Shown: positions 18,926 through 27,839, counted from the first letter of the stretch. The stretch is DNA of 64,000 nt from Patescibacteria group bacterium (GCA_035506195.1 DATJPV010000048.1:2011-66010); one strand, 5' to 3'. Notes: generated from the sequence alone by a model not told the origin. Numbers and translations are program-made.

Positions 18926-19519
18926 ATGTCAAAATTGCTATTAGTCATGGTGTTGGGGGCATTGTTGTTGGTGACGGGCAGCCGAGCTTCTGCCGCGGAA
19001 ACGGTATTGTTCGGCTTTGAAAAAGACGTCTCCGGATGGGAGATCCCGGATTGGGCGATGGAAAAAGAAGATTATGTGGCCAAGAAGATCGCGGTGGATT
19101 CGACGTATGCCGACGAAGGCAAATCTTCCCTCAAGATGGACGTGAAGTTCCCGGGCGGTAAATGGACGGCCGCCTATGTCGAGATACAGCAGTACTTTGA
19201 CTGGAGTGCGTATAGCGCAGTTTCCGTAGATGTCTATCTGCCTCCCACTGCGCCGACAGGCCTGAAATCAAAGCTTATTCTAACCGTTGGGGAATCATGG
19301 CTTTGGGTAGAGATGGCGCGCAGCACTCCCTTGGAGCCCGGTAAGTGGACGACCGTTACCGCTAATCTATTGTCGGGGAGTACCGATTTTCGGGCTACCG
19401 TTGACGAGGCATTCCGGAAAGACGTCCGTAAGCTCGGGGTGAGGATCGAATCGAATATGAAACCGGCGTATGAAGGCCAGGTATTTATCGACAATCTCAG
19501 ATTGGCCGGGAAATCATAA
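18926..19519 (+). CDS. secreted hypothetical protein (beta-rich, possible carbohydrate-binding module)
   Basis: The ATG at 18926 is preceded by GAGGAGGG and followed by a signal peptide (MSKLLLVMVLGALLLVTGSRASA). No catalytic motifs are present. The track ORF 18869-19519 is the same frame extended upstream. Confidence 0.45.
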   Translation: MSKLLLVMVLGALLLVTGSRASAAETVLFGFEKDVSGWEIPDWAMEKEDYVAKKIAVDSTYADEGKSSLKMDVKFPGGKWTAAYVEIQQYFDWSAYSAVSVDVYLPPTAPTGLKSKLILTVGESWLWVEMARSTPLEPGKWTTVTANLLSGSTDFRATVDEAFRKDVRKLGVRIESNMKPAYEGQVFIDNLRLAGKS

Positions 19520-19534
19520 TTAACGGGAGGGTCC

Positions 19535-20023
19535 TTAGAATTTTATCTTGAAGGTATACCGTACCTTATTTTTCCCTTCCACATTCAGGCGGCCCTTTAT
19601 GTGGAATATCTCTACCTTAGTTTTGTCGCATATTTTATTTTCGATTTCCTTGGCCTGGAAGTAAGGCCTAAAGATGTCTACCCCCAGGAATTCTTGCCAC
19701 TGCTGCCTTGATATCCTTCTTTCCTCTTTTATCGGCATAGTGTCATCGTATACCTTCTTGTCGATGTAACCGAGAAAAGAACGGTATTTTTTCACCTTCG
19801 CAGGCTGCGCAGGGGCGGCTCGAGAGGGCAGCGGCAGCGAGACGTCTTTTTCATACTCTTGTTCCGGTATCAGCTGCGTTTCGCCTGGCAGCGCTGAGGG
19901 AGAGAAGAACAGTTTGCTTTGGGCGCAAAGAGGGGGCGCGGTAAAGTGCAATGCGCAGGCAAGGATCAGTATTCTTCTGCCCAGGGTACACATGTCATCC
20001 CTCCTACATAAAGTATAACACAT
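19535..20023 (-). CDS. secreted hypothetical protein (only convincing minus-strand gene in the window)
   Basis: It is the only long ORF in a region with no + strand coding. It has a signal-peptide-like LILACALHFTAPPLCAQ; the probable start is the second Met (~19993). Its position is divergent to the GT2 synthase. Confidence 0.4.
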   Translation of the reverse strand: MCYTLCRRDDMCTLGRRILILACALHFTAPPLCAQSKLFFSPSALPGETQLIPEQEYEKDVSLPLPSRAAPAQPAKVKKYRSFLGYIDKKVYDDTMPIKEERRISRQQWQEFLGVDIFRPYFQAKEIENKICDKTKVEIFHIKGRLNVEGKNKVRYTFKIKF

Positions 20024-20207
20024 TTACGGCCTGTTTTATTGCGCGTATGACCATTAATTTCAATATGTTACGCTTCTCCTGAACAAGGTTTTTCCCCGGA
20101 ATGGCATGCGCTTAAAAATTTCCCTTGAAATTTTCTCTGTTTGTAGTATACTATATCTAATACGAAGGCCAGTTATAGCTTACGGTTAATTTAAAAAGTG
20201 ATTACTT

Positions 20208-20238
20208 AATCCGTATGATATAAATACGGATTTTTTTT
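20208..20238 (+). terminator. hairpin (9-bp AT-rich stem AATCCGTAT/ATACGGATT, 7-nt loop) followed by T8, immediately abutting the ATG at 20239
   Basis: The sequence reads aatccgtat gatataa atacggatt tttttt ATG. It may be an intrinsic terminator or a leader attenuator. Confidence 0.4.
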
Positions 20239-21288
20239 ATGGAGTCCCGCATGCACCCCCAACGCAAAAGCAACCTTACCGTTATCATCCCTGCGTACAA
20301 CGAGGCCAAGACTGTGGGCGATACCATCCGCAGCATTCAGGCTCAGACGATCGCCGCCGATGAGATCATTGTCATCGACGACTGCTCTCAGGATGCGACC
20401 GCCGAGGTCGCGCGCAGCCTGGGGGCAAGGGTGATCTCACCCGCCTGCAATACCGGTTCCAAGGCAGGAGCGCAGAATTTTGCCTTGCAGTTCGTGGAGA
20501 CGGAATTCGTCATGGCGGTTGATGCCGATACGACGCTTGCTCCGGATGCCATCGAGAAGCTGCTGGCTGCCTTATCCGAACAGGGGATGGCTGCGGCCTG
20601 CGGCTTTGTGGTGCCGCGGTACGTCAAGACGGTCTGGGAGCGGGGCCGCTATATCGAATACCTGTTTGCCTTTTCGTTCTTCAAGGAGATACAGGATTAT
20701 TACGAAAAGCCGCTGATCTCTTCCGGTTGTTTCTCTATCTACCGCACCCACATCCTGAAGCTGCATAAGGGTTGGTCCACGCGCACCCTGGCAGAAGACA
20801 TGGACCTGACCTGGACATTCTATCAGATGGGCCACGGCGTCCGTTTTGTGCCCGAGGCATTCTGCTATCCCATCGAACCCCATAATTTCCTCTTTATGCG
20901 CAGGCAGCTGAAACGCTGGTCGCACGGTTTTATGCAGAACGTGCGCCTGCACTGGTGGAAGGTCATGGAAGTCTCGTATTTGCGTTCCATCATTGCCGTG
21001 GCATTATGGGACGCGACGGTCGCGTCTCTGGCCTATCTTTTCCTGCTTCCGTTGCTGGCTCTGTGGTTCAGGAATCCCTTGTTCCTTTTAGGTTACGTCA
21101 TTGACGCTCCCGTAGTGCTGGTGCCTATCCTTTTGAACATCAAGAAAAGAAAGGAGATCCCCCGCATCCTTTCGAGCGTTCCTTCGTTTTTCTTCCTCAG
21201 GGCCGTCAACAGCATTTTTATGCTCGAAGCTTTTTGGAATGAGCTGGTCATGAAGCACACATTCTCCACCTATGAGAAAGGCCACTAA
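20239..21288 (+). CDS. processive family-2 glycosyltransferase (polysaccharide synthase; NodC/IcaA/cellulose-synthase-like) with C-terminal TM helices
   Basis: It has a GT-A N-terminus (LTVIIPAYNE, IIVIDDCSQD), a DAD motif and the Q-x-x-R-W motif (RRQLKRWSHG) followed by several TM helices. Confidence 0.75.
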   Translation: MESRMHPQRKSNLTVIIPAYNEAKTVGDTIRSIQAQTIAADEIIVIDDCSQDATAEVARSLGARVISPACNTGSKAGAQNFALQFVETEFVMAVDADTTLAPDAIEKLLAALSEQGMAAACGFVVPRYVKTVWERGRYIEYLFAFSFFKEIQDYYEKPLISSGCFSIYRTHILKLHKGWSTRTLAEDMDLTWTFYQMGHGVRFVPEAFCYPIEPHNFLFMRRQLKRWSHGFMQNVRLHWWKVMEVSYLRSIIAVALWDATVASLAYLFLLPLLALWFRNPLFLLGYVIDAPVVLVPILLNIKKRKEIPRILSSVPSFFFLRAVNSIFMLEAFWNELVMKHTFSTYEKGH

Positions 21289-21291
21289 CGC

Positions 21292-21645
21292 ATGACTGCG
21301 GGACTTCCCGGAACCGGTATCGGCGGATTCTTTTACCTGCTCAGCGCCCTGCTGATGCCGGTGAATGAGTGCATCTATACGGTCCTGGGGCGCAGCAGGC
21401 CTGCGCGTTGGCGTAAGGTTTCCCGCCAGACCCTCTGCTCGCTGGGCATCTTGGCCGGCATATGGTGTACCGCATGGATCCTGGCCCATATCCTGCACTG
21501 CGCGCATCAGCTGTCTTCCTCCGCACCCTCTGAAGTGCCCCAACTTTTGCGCATCGCTGCGCTTACTTTCGGCCTGGCGACACTGCTGGCCGTGATCCTG
21601 GTGACGGAGATCTTCGGGATCATCGCCGCCTTGCGCAAGCGCTAA
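21292..21645 (+). CDS. small 3-4 TM membrane protein, unknown (possible synthase accessory subunit)
   Basis: It starts 4 nt after the synthase stop and is hydrophobic throughout. Confidence 0.4.
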   Translation: MTAGLPGTGIGGFFYLLSALLMPVNECIYTVLGRSRPARWRKVSRQTLCSLGILAGIWCTAWILAHILHCAHQLSSSAPSEVPQLLRIAALTFGLATLLAVILVTEIFGIIAALRKR

Positions 21646-21740
21646 CCCCTTAGCTGGCCCGCATCTTTCCGGCATTACATCCTTACAAGTTTGGATTGAC
21701 TTATCCCGCCGCAAATAGTATTATGGGGTATGAAAAGGAG

Positions 21741-22472
21741 ATGCCGATGGATAAACTGCTGCTAAGGATAAAAAGGCTGTTGCAATATTTTGCCGTCTCC
21801 TTTGCGGCGATCGAGCTTTGGTATCTTGCCAGCGACCCTCCCGTAAACCCGAATATCCTGCGTATCCAGTTGACCGTCTCCGCAATATATGCGCTTACCG
21901 CCATGGGGTTGATGCTCTGCGTTAGATTCTATATCGATTACAAGAAACAACAGCGCCAGCTGTCGGCAAAGATGGCAGAAGAGGATCTGGCCAGGCGCCA
22001 CGAAGCGCATGCGCAAGAGAAGCAGCAGGAGGCCCAGCGCAGGGAAAAGCTCAAGGCGCAATACGGCAATCTTGACGTTGACGAGATTGTCTTTCACGGC
22101 GCGCTCAACGCGGTTGACAAGAGGTTCTTGCTGACGGATATCCACAAGTTTTCCTGGAGCGAAGCAGAAGGCCTCTTAAAGATCTCGGAGGACGGCCTTC
22201 AGAAGACAAAGCTCCAGCATGTCATAGGAAAGATAATCAAAAAAGCGGACCAGATGTACGGGGATATTCCTTCCGACGATGCGCGAAGCCCCATCCCCGA
22301 TAACGTAAGGATGCTGGTATGGCAGAGGGACGGCGGCAAATGCATCGTCTGCGGCGCGCAGGAGAACCTTGTATTTGATCATATCACGCCGGTTGCAAAA
22401 GGCGGCAGCACCGCCGAGATAAACATCCAGCTGCTTTGTGAGAGGTGTCACCGGGAGAAGCGGGAGCCTTGA
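21741..22472 (+). CDS. membrane-anchored coiled-coil HNH endonuclease-domain protein
   Basis: An AGGAG lies 4 nt before the ATG at 21741. It has two N-terminal TM helices, a charged coiled-coil (QEKQQEAQRREKLKAQ), and a C-terminal HNH/Zn-ribbon (CIVCGAQENLVFDHITPVAKGG...NIQLLCERCHREK). The track ORF 21696-22472 is the same frame extended upstream. Confidence 0.7.
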   Translation: MPMDKLLLRIKRLLQYFAVSFAAIELWYLASDPPVNPNILRIQLTVSAIYALTAMGLMLCVRFYIDYKKQQRQLSAKMAEEDLARRHEAHAQEKQQEAQRREKLKAQYGNLDVDEIVFHGALNAVDKRFLLTDIHKFSWSEAEGLLKISEDGLQKTKLQHVIGKIIKKADQMYGDIPSDDARSPIPDNVRMLVWQRDGGKCIVCGAQENLVFDHITPVAKGGSTAEINIQLLCERCHREKREP

Positions 22473-22480
22473 ACTGCGCA

Positions 22481-24496
22481 ATGAAGAAAGCCATTCTTAT
22501 CCTATCCGCAGCCGCCCTGTTTTTGTGTTGTTCCGGCGGCATATCTTTTGCCGCTAAAGCGCAAGCCACTGCCGCTACAAATGTAGTCCTCCAGCCGGCG
22601 GCTTTGCAGAATGTTTGGCTGTGGGTAGTCGACCCGCAGGAAAAGGAGCGCCGCGTATATATCCGGGTAGCCGCAGGCAGCCTATCGGTTAGCGCCTTTA
22701 GCCCCGAAGACCCCCGCCGTTGCTCATTCGCGCAGCTTGACTTGAATTCGGGAAAGATCCTGCTCATCGACCCGAAAGCACTGGAAGATGTCATACAGCG
22801 CATCCAGCCTTCCCAGGCCCAGGATTATTTAGAAGCGATACGCCTGATGCTCGGGGCGGTCAATACCGCCTATGATATCGGCACCAGCCTCCAGAAGGGC
22901 CAGATCGAGCCGATCCGGGGTTATTTGCAGGCGATCGAATCGCGCTTCGTGACACCCATTCCCGCCAGCGCTCATTGGCAGGTCCGAACGGCGGATCAAC
23001 CCTGGAATGATTCCCGCGGGATCACTTCAAGCTCGGTCGATACCGGCAAAAACGAGCTCGTCCTGCAGGCGGATCTTGACGCCTCCCGGGCTCTTTACGG
23101 TAAAGGCGAGGTCTATATCTATCCCGGCGACATACCCGAGCTGGGGCAGCCAGAGCTGGACATGAAGGCCAAGAGGTTGGCGATGGAGGTGTTCATACCC
23201 GCAGGGTTCGTCGGCGACCCCAAGAACCCGGAACATCTGCGCCTCTTCGCCAAGAGCGGTGATAATTGGCAATCCTGCTACGGCATCTGGAGAAAAATCG
23301 GCTATGCAGACGAAGGCACCTGGGTGGCCGTGGAGTTAAACCCCGCCCGGGATCCGGCCAGCTGGAGGGATGCGGATTTTAATCCCGTCAGGATCTGGGA
23401 GTTCGGCCTTGCCTTTAATAAGGGAAGCGGCCGCTACCAGGGGGATGGCCTGAGGATACGCAATGTCATGATCGAAGCCGGCAGAGAATCCGATATGCAG
23501 CCGCCGGTAGTTACCGATACCCCTCCGGTCGATATTCTGCAATTCGTTGGTTCTTCCGGCCGCAATCTTAATTTCGACGAATATAATTACGGCTGGTGCG
23601 TGGGGGAATTTCCTTCTATCTGGGGGACGGGCCAGGCCCAAGGGTTCAGCACTCCCGCAGGCAGTCAAAAGCTTAGGCAGGGGCTGCTTGATCTTAAAAG
23701 CAAGGGCATCAAGACCGTCAGGCTCATGGCATTGTTTGGGGACCTGCGCACGGGGATACTCCAGGATTCAAACGGCAACTTTATCTTTGACAGGCGGGGC
23801 AACCTGCAGTTTGACGGCAAGGTATACGCCGACGTGAAAGCGTTTTTTGACCTGCTCCATGAAACGGGCATGAAGGCGGCAGTCGGCTTGTTCGACTTTC
23901 GCATCGCCGACGATATCAGCCGGGAAGGCACGCGCGACGCAAGCTGGGCAGTCGGAGAACATCCCGAACTACTCACCGACCGCAAGGCTCAGAACGCGCT
24001 GGTGCGGCTGTTCAGCGGTTTCTTTGCCAAAATATACGCGAAAGGATTCCTGGCGTATAGCCCCAACGAAGTCGTTTCATTCTGGGAGGTTATGAATGAG
24101 CCGGAGGCCGTCTGCGCGGCGGATTTTGCGCGGGTAGCCAGTTTTCATGACCGGTTTTTTGACTTGATCCGCAGGAATGCCCCCGGCGCAAAAGTTACTA
24201 CCAGCAGCCTCAGCGTAGATAGCGCGTTCCGTTTTTGGAAAGACAAGGTTGACGTCATTTCCGTCCACCGCTATCCGAATATCGAACGCCTGGACCCGTC
24301 TAAACCGGTAGGCGCTTACGGCTTCGGCAGCAAACCGGTAGTCTTCACGGAGTTTGGGGACGTCGATATGCGCATCGACGATGCCTTAAGCGACATATAT
24401 GCTTCAGGCGCAGGAGGGCTCTTGTTCTGGGAGGACAGCTATTATCAGTTTTCCGAAGACGAGTATCAGGCCTGGCTTGCTGCGCACCTTCCTTAG
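22481..24496 (+). CDS. secreted glycoside hydrolase, clan GH-A (GH5-like)
   Basis: It has a signal peptide (MKKAILILSAAALFLCCSGG). The catalytic acid/base context is FWEVMNEPE and the nucleophile context is VVFTEFGD, both typical of (beta/alpha)8 clan A hydrolases. Confidence 0.55.
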   Translation: MKKAILILSAAALFLCCSGGISFAAKAQATAATNVVLQPAALQNVWLWVVDPQEKERRVYIRVAAGSLSVSAFSPEDPRRCSFAQLDLNSGKILLIDPKALEDVIQRIQPSQAQDYLEAIRLMLGAVNTAYDIGTSLQKGQIEPIRGYLQAIESRFVTPIPASAHWQVRTADQPWNDSRGITSSSVDTGKNELVLQADLDASRALYGKGEVYIYPGDIPELGQPELDMKAKRLAMEVFIPAGFVGDPKNPEHLRLFAKSGDNWQSCYGIWRKIGYADEGTWVAVELNPARDPASWRDADFNPVRIWEFGLAFNKGSGRYQGDGLRIRNVMIEAGRESDMQPPVVTDTPPVDILQFVGSSGRNLNFDEYNYGWCVGEFPSIWGTGQAQGFSTPAGSQKLRQGLLDLKSKGIKTVRLMALFGDLRTGILQDSNGNFIFDRRGNLQFDGKVYADVKAFFDLLHETGMKAAVGLFDFRIADDISREGTRDASWAVGEHPELLTDRKAQNALVRLFSGFFAKIYAKGFLAYSPNEVVSFWEVMNEPEAVCAADFARVASFHDRFFDLIRRNAPGAKVTTSSLSVDSAFRFWKDKVDVISVHRYPNIERLDPSKPVGAYGFGSKPVVFTEFGDVDMRIDDALSDIYASGAGGLLFWEDSYYQFSEDEYQAWLAAHLP

Positions 24497-24517
24497 GAAC
24501 CTGCGCCGGGGAATTGT

Positions 24518-26866
24518 ATGATAGCCAGAATGTTCAATCAAAAATATAACGCATTCGTCCTGGGCGCGCTGCTGTTATCGGGCGCCCTTGTCTATTCCGG
24601 CACTTTTTACAGTTCTTTCCATTTCGACGACGTTGCCTCCATCATCGAGAATCCCGCCATAAGGAACATCTTGGATCTGCGGGCTATCTGGAATTTCTGC
24701 CCGGCCCGTTTTATAACCTACCTGTCGATAGCTCTCAATTACCGCTTCAACCATCTGCACGTATTCGGTTATCACCTCCTGAACCTGGCTATCCACCTGG
24801 GTTCGGCAGTCCTGACCTGGCGGCTTATGCTGCTTACCCTGTCTACCCCGGCAATGAGGGGGCGCAAGATCGCCGCGCATGCCAGGCTTATCGCTTTTTT
24901 TGCGGGGTTGGTTTTTGTGACGCACCCCCTCCAGACCCAGGCCGTCACCTACATCATCCAGCGAGCGGCTTCTCTGGCAACCCTGTTTTATCTGGCGTCG
25001 CTGAACTTCTATGTTGCCTCAAGGCTCTTACGGCAACAAGGGCAAAACCCCGCAGCCTCAAGGCTCTTTTATTCCGGTTCGTTGATCGCCGCGGTCATCG
25101 CCATGTTCACGAAAGAGACGGCAGCAACCATCCCTTTTGCGGTTTTATTGTACGAGGCCTGTTTCTTAAAAACCAAAGAAAGGCTGGACTGGAAGCATCT
25201 GGCTCCTTTTTTCGCGGCCCTGTCGATCATTCCCCTGACGATGCTTATTACCGGATCGGTAGATGTCATGGGGATCCGCCTGGTCCAGAGATCCGCCCCT
25301 ACCAGCATTTCCCCCTGGCAGTATCTTTGTACGCAGTTCCAGGTCATGGCCACCTACCTCAGGCTTCTGCTGATACCGATACGCCAGAACCTTGACTATG
25401 ATTATCGCGTTGCAAAAGGCCTGCTGGAATTGCCCGTTTTGTCCAGCCTCGTTCTTTTAGCCGCGCTCCTGGCCGCCGCGATCCGCATGCGCTCTAAATA
25501 CAGATTGCTCTCCTTCGGCATTTTCTGGTTTTTCCTGACGCTGTCGGTTGAATCAAGCATTATCCCGATCAGGGATATCATTTTCGAACACCGGCTTTAT
25601 CTGCCGATGGTGGGTTTTAGTTTTTTTGCGGTAGGCGGCATATATTACCTCTTTGAGAACAGGGCCCTGAAGCCGGCGGTCATAGCGCTCTTCATCATAA
25701 CTTCGTGTTACGGGGTCCTTTCTTACAGAAGGAACATGGTTTGGAGAAACGATTTTACCTTATGGAATGATACGGTGCAGAAATCGCCCGGGAAGGCAAG
25801 GCCCTACAATAACCGCGGGGTTGCCTATGGGGATCAGGGCAATTTCGCTCAGGCCATCTCCGACTACACCCGGGCCATCGCCATAAGCCCCGATTACGCG
25901 GAGGCCTATTATAACCGCGCAAACGCCTATGATAAGCAAGGCAATCTTTCCCAGGCCATCGCCGACTACACCCGGGCCATCGCCATAAGCCCCGCTTACG
26001 CAGCGGCCTACAATAACCGCGCGAACGTCTACAATAAGCAGGGCAATTTCGCTCAGGCCATCGCCGATTGCATCCGCGCCATTGAAATAAACCCCGATTA
26101 CGCAGAGGCCTATTATAACCGCGGCCTTGCGTATGATAAACAGGGCGACCTCCCGCAGGCCGTCGCCGACTACGCCAAAGCCATTTCCCTGAACCCCAAC
26201 CTTGAGAAAGCCCACAACAACCGCGGGGTTATCTATGGTAAGCAGGCTAACCTCGCCCAGGCCATCGCCGACTACAGCAAGGCCATTGAAATAAATCCGG
26301 ATTACGCAGAGGCTTATTATAACCGCGCAAACGCCTATGATAAGCAAGGCAATTTTACCCAGGCCATCGCCGACTATACCAAAGCCGTTGCCTTAAACCC
26401 CAACTACGCAGCGGCCTACAATAACCGCGGCGTTGCCTATGGCGCGCGAGGCAAGTTTGCGCAAGCCATTGCCGACTGCACCAGGGCCATTGAGATAAAC
26501 CCCAACCTCGAACAGGCCTATAACAACCGCGGCCTTGCCTATGATAAGCAGGGCGACCTTCCGCAGGCCGTCGCCGACTACACCAAAGCTATTGCCGTCA
26601 ACCCCGTGTATACCGAGGCCTATTATAACCGCGGCCTTGCCTATCATAAACAAGGCAATTTCACCCAGGCCGTCGCCGACTATACCAAGGTCATTGAAAT
26701 GGCTCCTCGTTTTGCCCCTGCCTACAACAACCGAGGCGCTGCGTATTATCGCACGGCAGAGTATGGCAAAGCCTGGGCGGATGTGCACCAGGCAGAGGCA
26801 TTAGGGGCCGTGGTTGACCCCCGGTTCCTTGAATCCCTGAAAAAGGCCTCCGGAACGGATAAATAG
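24518..26866 (+). CDS. GT-C/PMT-TMTC-like polytopic membrane domain fused to a ~13-unit TPR array
   Basis: The N-terminal ~420 aa contain ~10 TM helices (DUF1736/PMT_2-like). The C-terminal region has 13 tandem 34-aa TPRs with the consensus AxAYYNRGxAYxKQGNFxQAIADYTKAIxINP. Confidence 0.6.
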   Translation: MIARMFNQKYNAFVLGALLLSGALVYSGTFYSSFHFDDVASIIENPAIRNILDLRAIWNFCPARFITYLSIALNYRFNHLHVFGYHLLNLAIHLGSAVLTWRLMLLTLSTPAMRGRKIAAHARLIAFFAGLVFVTHPLQTQAVTYIIQRAASLATLFYLASLNFYVASRLLRQQGQNPAASRLFYSGSLIAAVIAMFTKETAATIPFAVLLYEACFLKTKERLDWKHLAPFFAALSIIPLTMLITGSVDVMGIRLVQRSAPTSISPWQYLCTQFQVMATYLRLLLIPIRQNLDYDYRVAKGLLELPVLSSLVLLAALLAAAIRMRSKYRLLSFGIFWFFLTLSVESSIIPIRDIIFEHRLYLPMVGFSFFAVGGIYYLFENRALKPAVIALFIITSCYGVLSYRRNMVWRNDFTLWNDTVQKSPGKARPYNNRGVAYGDQGNFAQAISDYTRAIAISPDYAEAYYNRANAYDKQGNLSQAIADYTRAIAISPAYAAAYNNRANVYNKQGNFAQAIADCIRAIEINPDYAEAYYNRGLAYDKQGDLPQAVADYAKAISLNPNLEKAHNNRGVIYGKQANLAQAIADYSKAIEINPDYAEAYYNRANAYDKQGNFTQAIADYTKAVALNPNYAAAYNNRGVAYGARGKFAQAIADCTRAIEINPNLEQAYNNRGLAYDKQGDLPQAVADYTKAIAVNPVYTEAYYNRGLAYHKQGNFTQAVADYTKVIEMAPRFAPAYNNRGAAYYRTAEYGKAWADVHQAEALGAVVDPRFLESLKKASGTDK
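25790..26720 (+). repeat. nucleotide-level tandem repeat (~102-nt period) encoding the TPR array
   Basis: Near-identical DNA strings (gccatcgccgactacacc..., aaccgcg..gcctatgataagcagggc) recur every 102 nt. Confidence 0.7.
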
Positions 26867-26876
26867 TGGTATAATA
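26866..26876 (+). promoter_or_regulatory. extended -10 element GTGGTATAAT predicting a leaderless transcript for the 26884 gene
   Basis: A TGnTATAAT lies at 26867-26875 and the ATG at 26884, so a TSS at ~26882 is expected. There is no SD. Confidence 0.35.
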
Positions 26877-26883
26877 TAAGAAT

Positions 26884-27822
26884 ATGGAATCTGCTCATAT
26901 ACAACCTGACCGGTTCGCGTTTAGGATGGTGGCATTGATCCTGGTATGCAATGCCGCCGGCAGCACCTTGTACTTTCTGTGGAGTCTATACGCCAGGGCC
27001 GTGGGGCCGACTACCGGCAGGAGCATGGCGTTCATCCTGGTAGATTTGTTTTTTGCTTTTGCGCTTTTTCGGCAGAAGCTATGGGCGCGGCCGTGGGTTA
27101 TTGCGCGCTCTGTCCTGGGAGCGCTTCTATGGGTGGGAGTTTCCGTCTACCAGAGGAACCCCTTTGGCGCGGTCACGCAGGTGGTCTTCTTCGGCGCGAT
27201 CATCGCCCTTCTGAGCGGCTGGGTCGCAAAGCCGGTCGCCAGGGTCCTGGGAGTGGCGGCGATAGGTTTGATCGCCGCCATCGGTTTCAATAATCTCCAG
27301 GCGATTGCCAACTACAACAAGATCGCCGCCCAGGTTATCAATGCGGGAGCCCGTGAGTATGTAAGCGAAAAATTCGGTTACCGCATTACTACGCCGGAGA
27401 ACTGGAAGATCATCAAACGCAGCGATTTTGGCAAGGTAGACAAGTCCCTGCTTACTACCGATGCCGAGATCGCCATGATCAATAAAGAAGGGACCGGGTA
27501 TTGCCTGCTCATCCCGGAAGAGCTTAAAGGTTACGGCACGGCTTATGACCTTCAAATGGTGCGTAACGCGGTACTGGAAAATGCCAAGCGCATAAAAGGA
27601 GTGGAGGTCCTGGAGAATAATCTTGCCTCGCCGTATGGAGAGGCCGGATTCCAGATCAAATACGGCGTTTGGTCGGAAGGGTTCCATTACCGCTACCTTG
27701 TGCTTTACAGCGTGTATCAAAGAACAGGCATACAGTTGCTGGTGTGGGCTTTTGATTCTAATGCCGACAGCGTGTTCAGCGATGTCGTCAAGAACGTCGC
27801 CGGCAAAGTTACCTTTAAATAA
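26884..27822 (+). CDS. membrane protein (4-5 TM) with C-terminal periplasmic/soluble domain, unknown
   Basis: Hydrophobic helices span the N-terminal 140 aa. There are no motifs. Confidence 0.4.
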   Translation: MESAHIQPDRFAFRMVALILVCNAAGSTLYFLWSLYARAVGPTTGRSMAFILVDLFFAFALFRQKLWARPWVIARSVLGALLWVGVSVYQRNPFGAVTQVVFFGAIIALLSGWVAKPVARVLGVAAIGLIAAIGFNNLQAIANYNKIAAQVINAGAREYVSEKFGYRITTPENWKIIKRSDFGKVDKSLLTTDAEIAMINKEGTGYCLLIPEELKGYGTAYDLQMVRNAVLENAKRIKGVEVLENNLASPYGEAGFQIKYGVWSEGFHYRYLVLYSVYQRTGIQLLVWAFDSNADSVFSDVVKNVAGKVTFK

Positions 27823-27839
27823 GAACGGAGGGCCCCGGG

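Noticed and set aside
19520-20238. Possible tRNA or ncRNA in the only sizeable non-coding stretch on the + strand
   Set aside because: No cloverleaf-compatible sequence (no T-loop GTTCRANYC) was seen. The region is better explained by a minus-strand protein-coding ORF plus an AT-rich divergent promoter region.
25790-26720. Regular direct repeats that could be mistaken for a CRISPR array
   Set aside because: The period is 102 nt with no unique spacers. The repeats are in-frame and encode canonical 34-aa TPR units inside a long ORF. No cas genes or leader are present.
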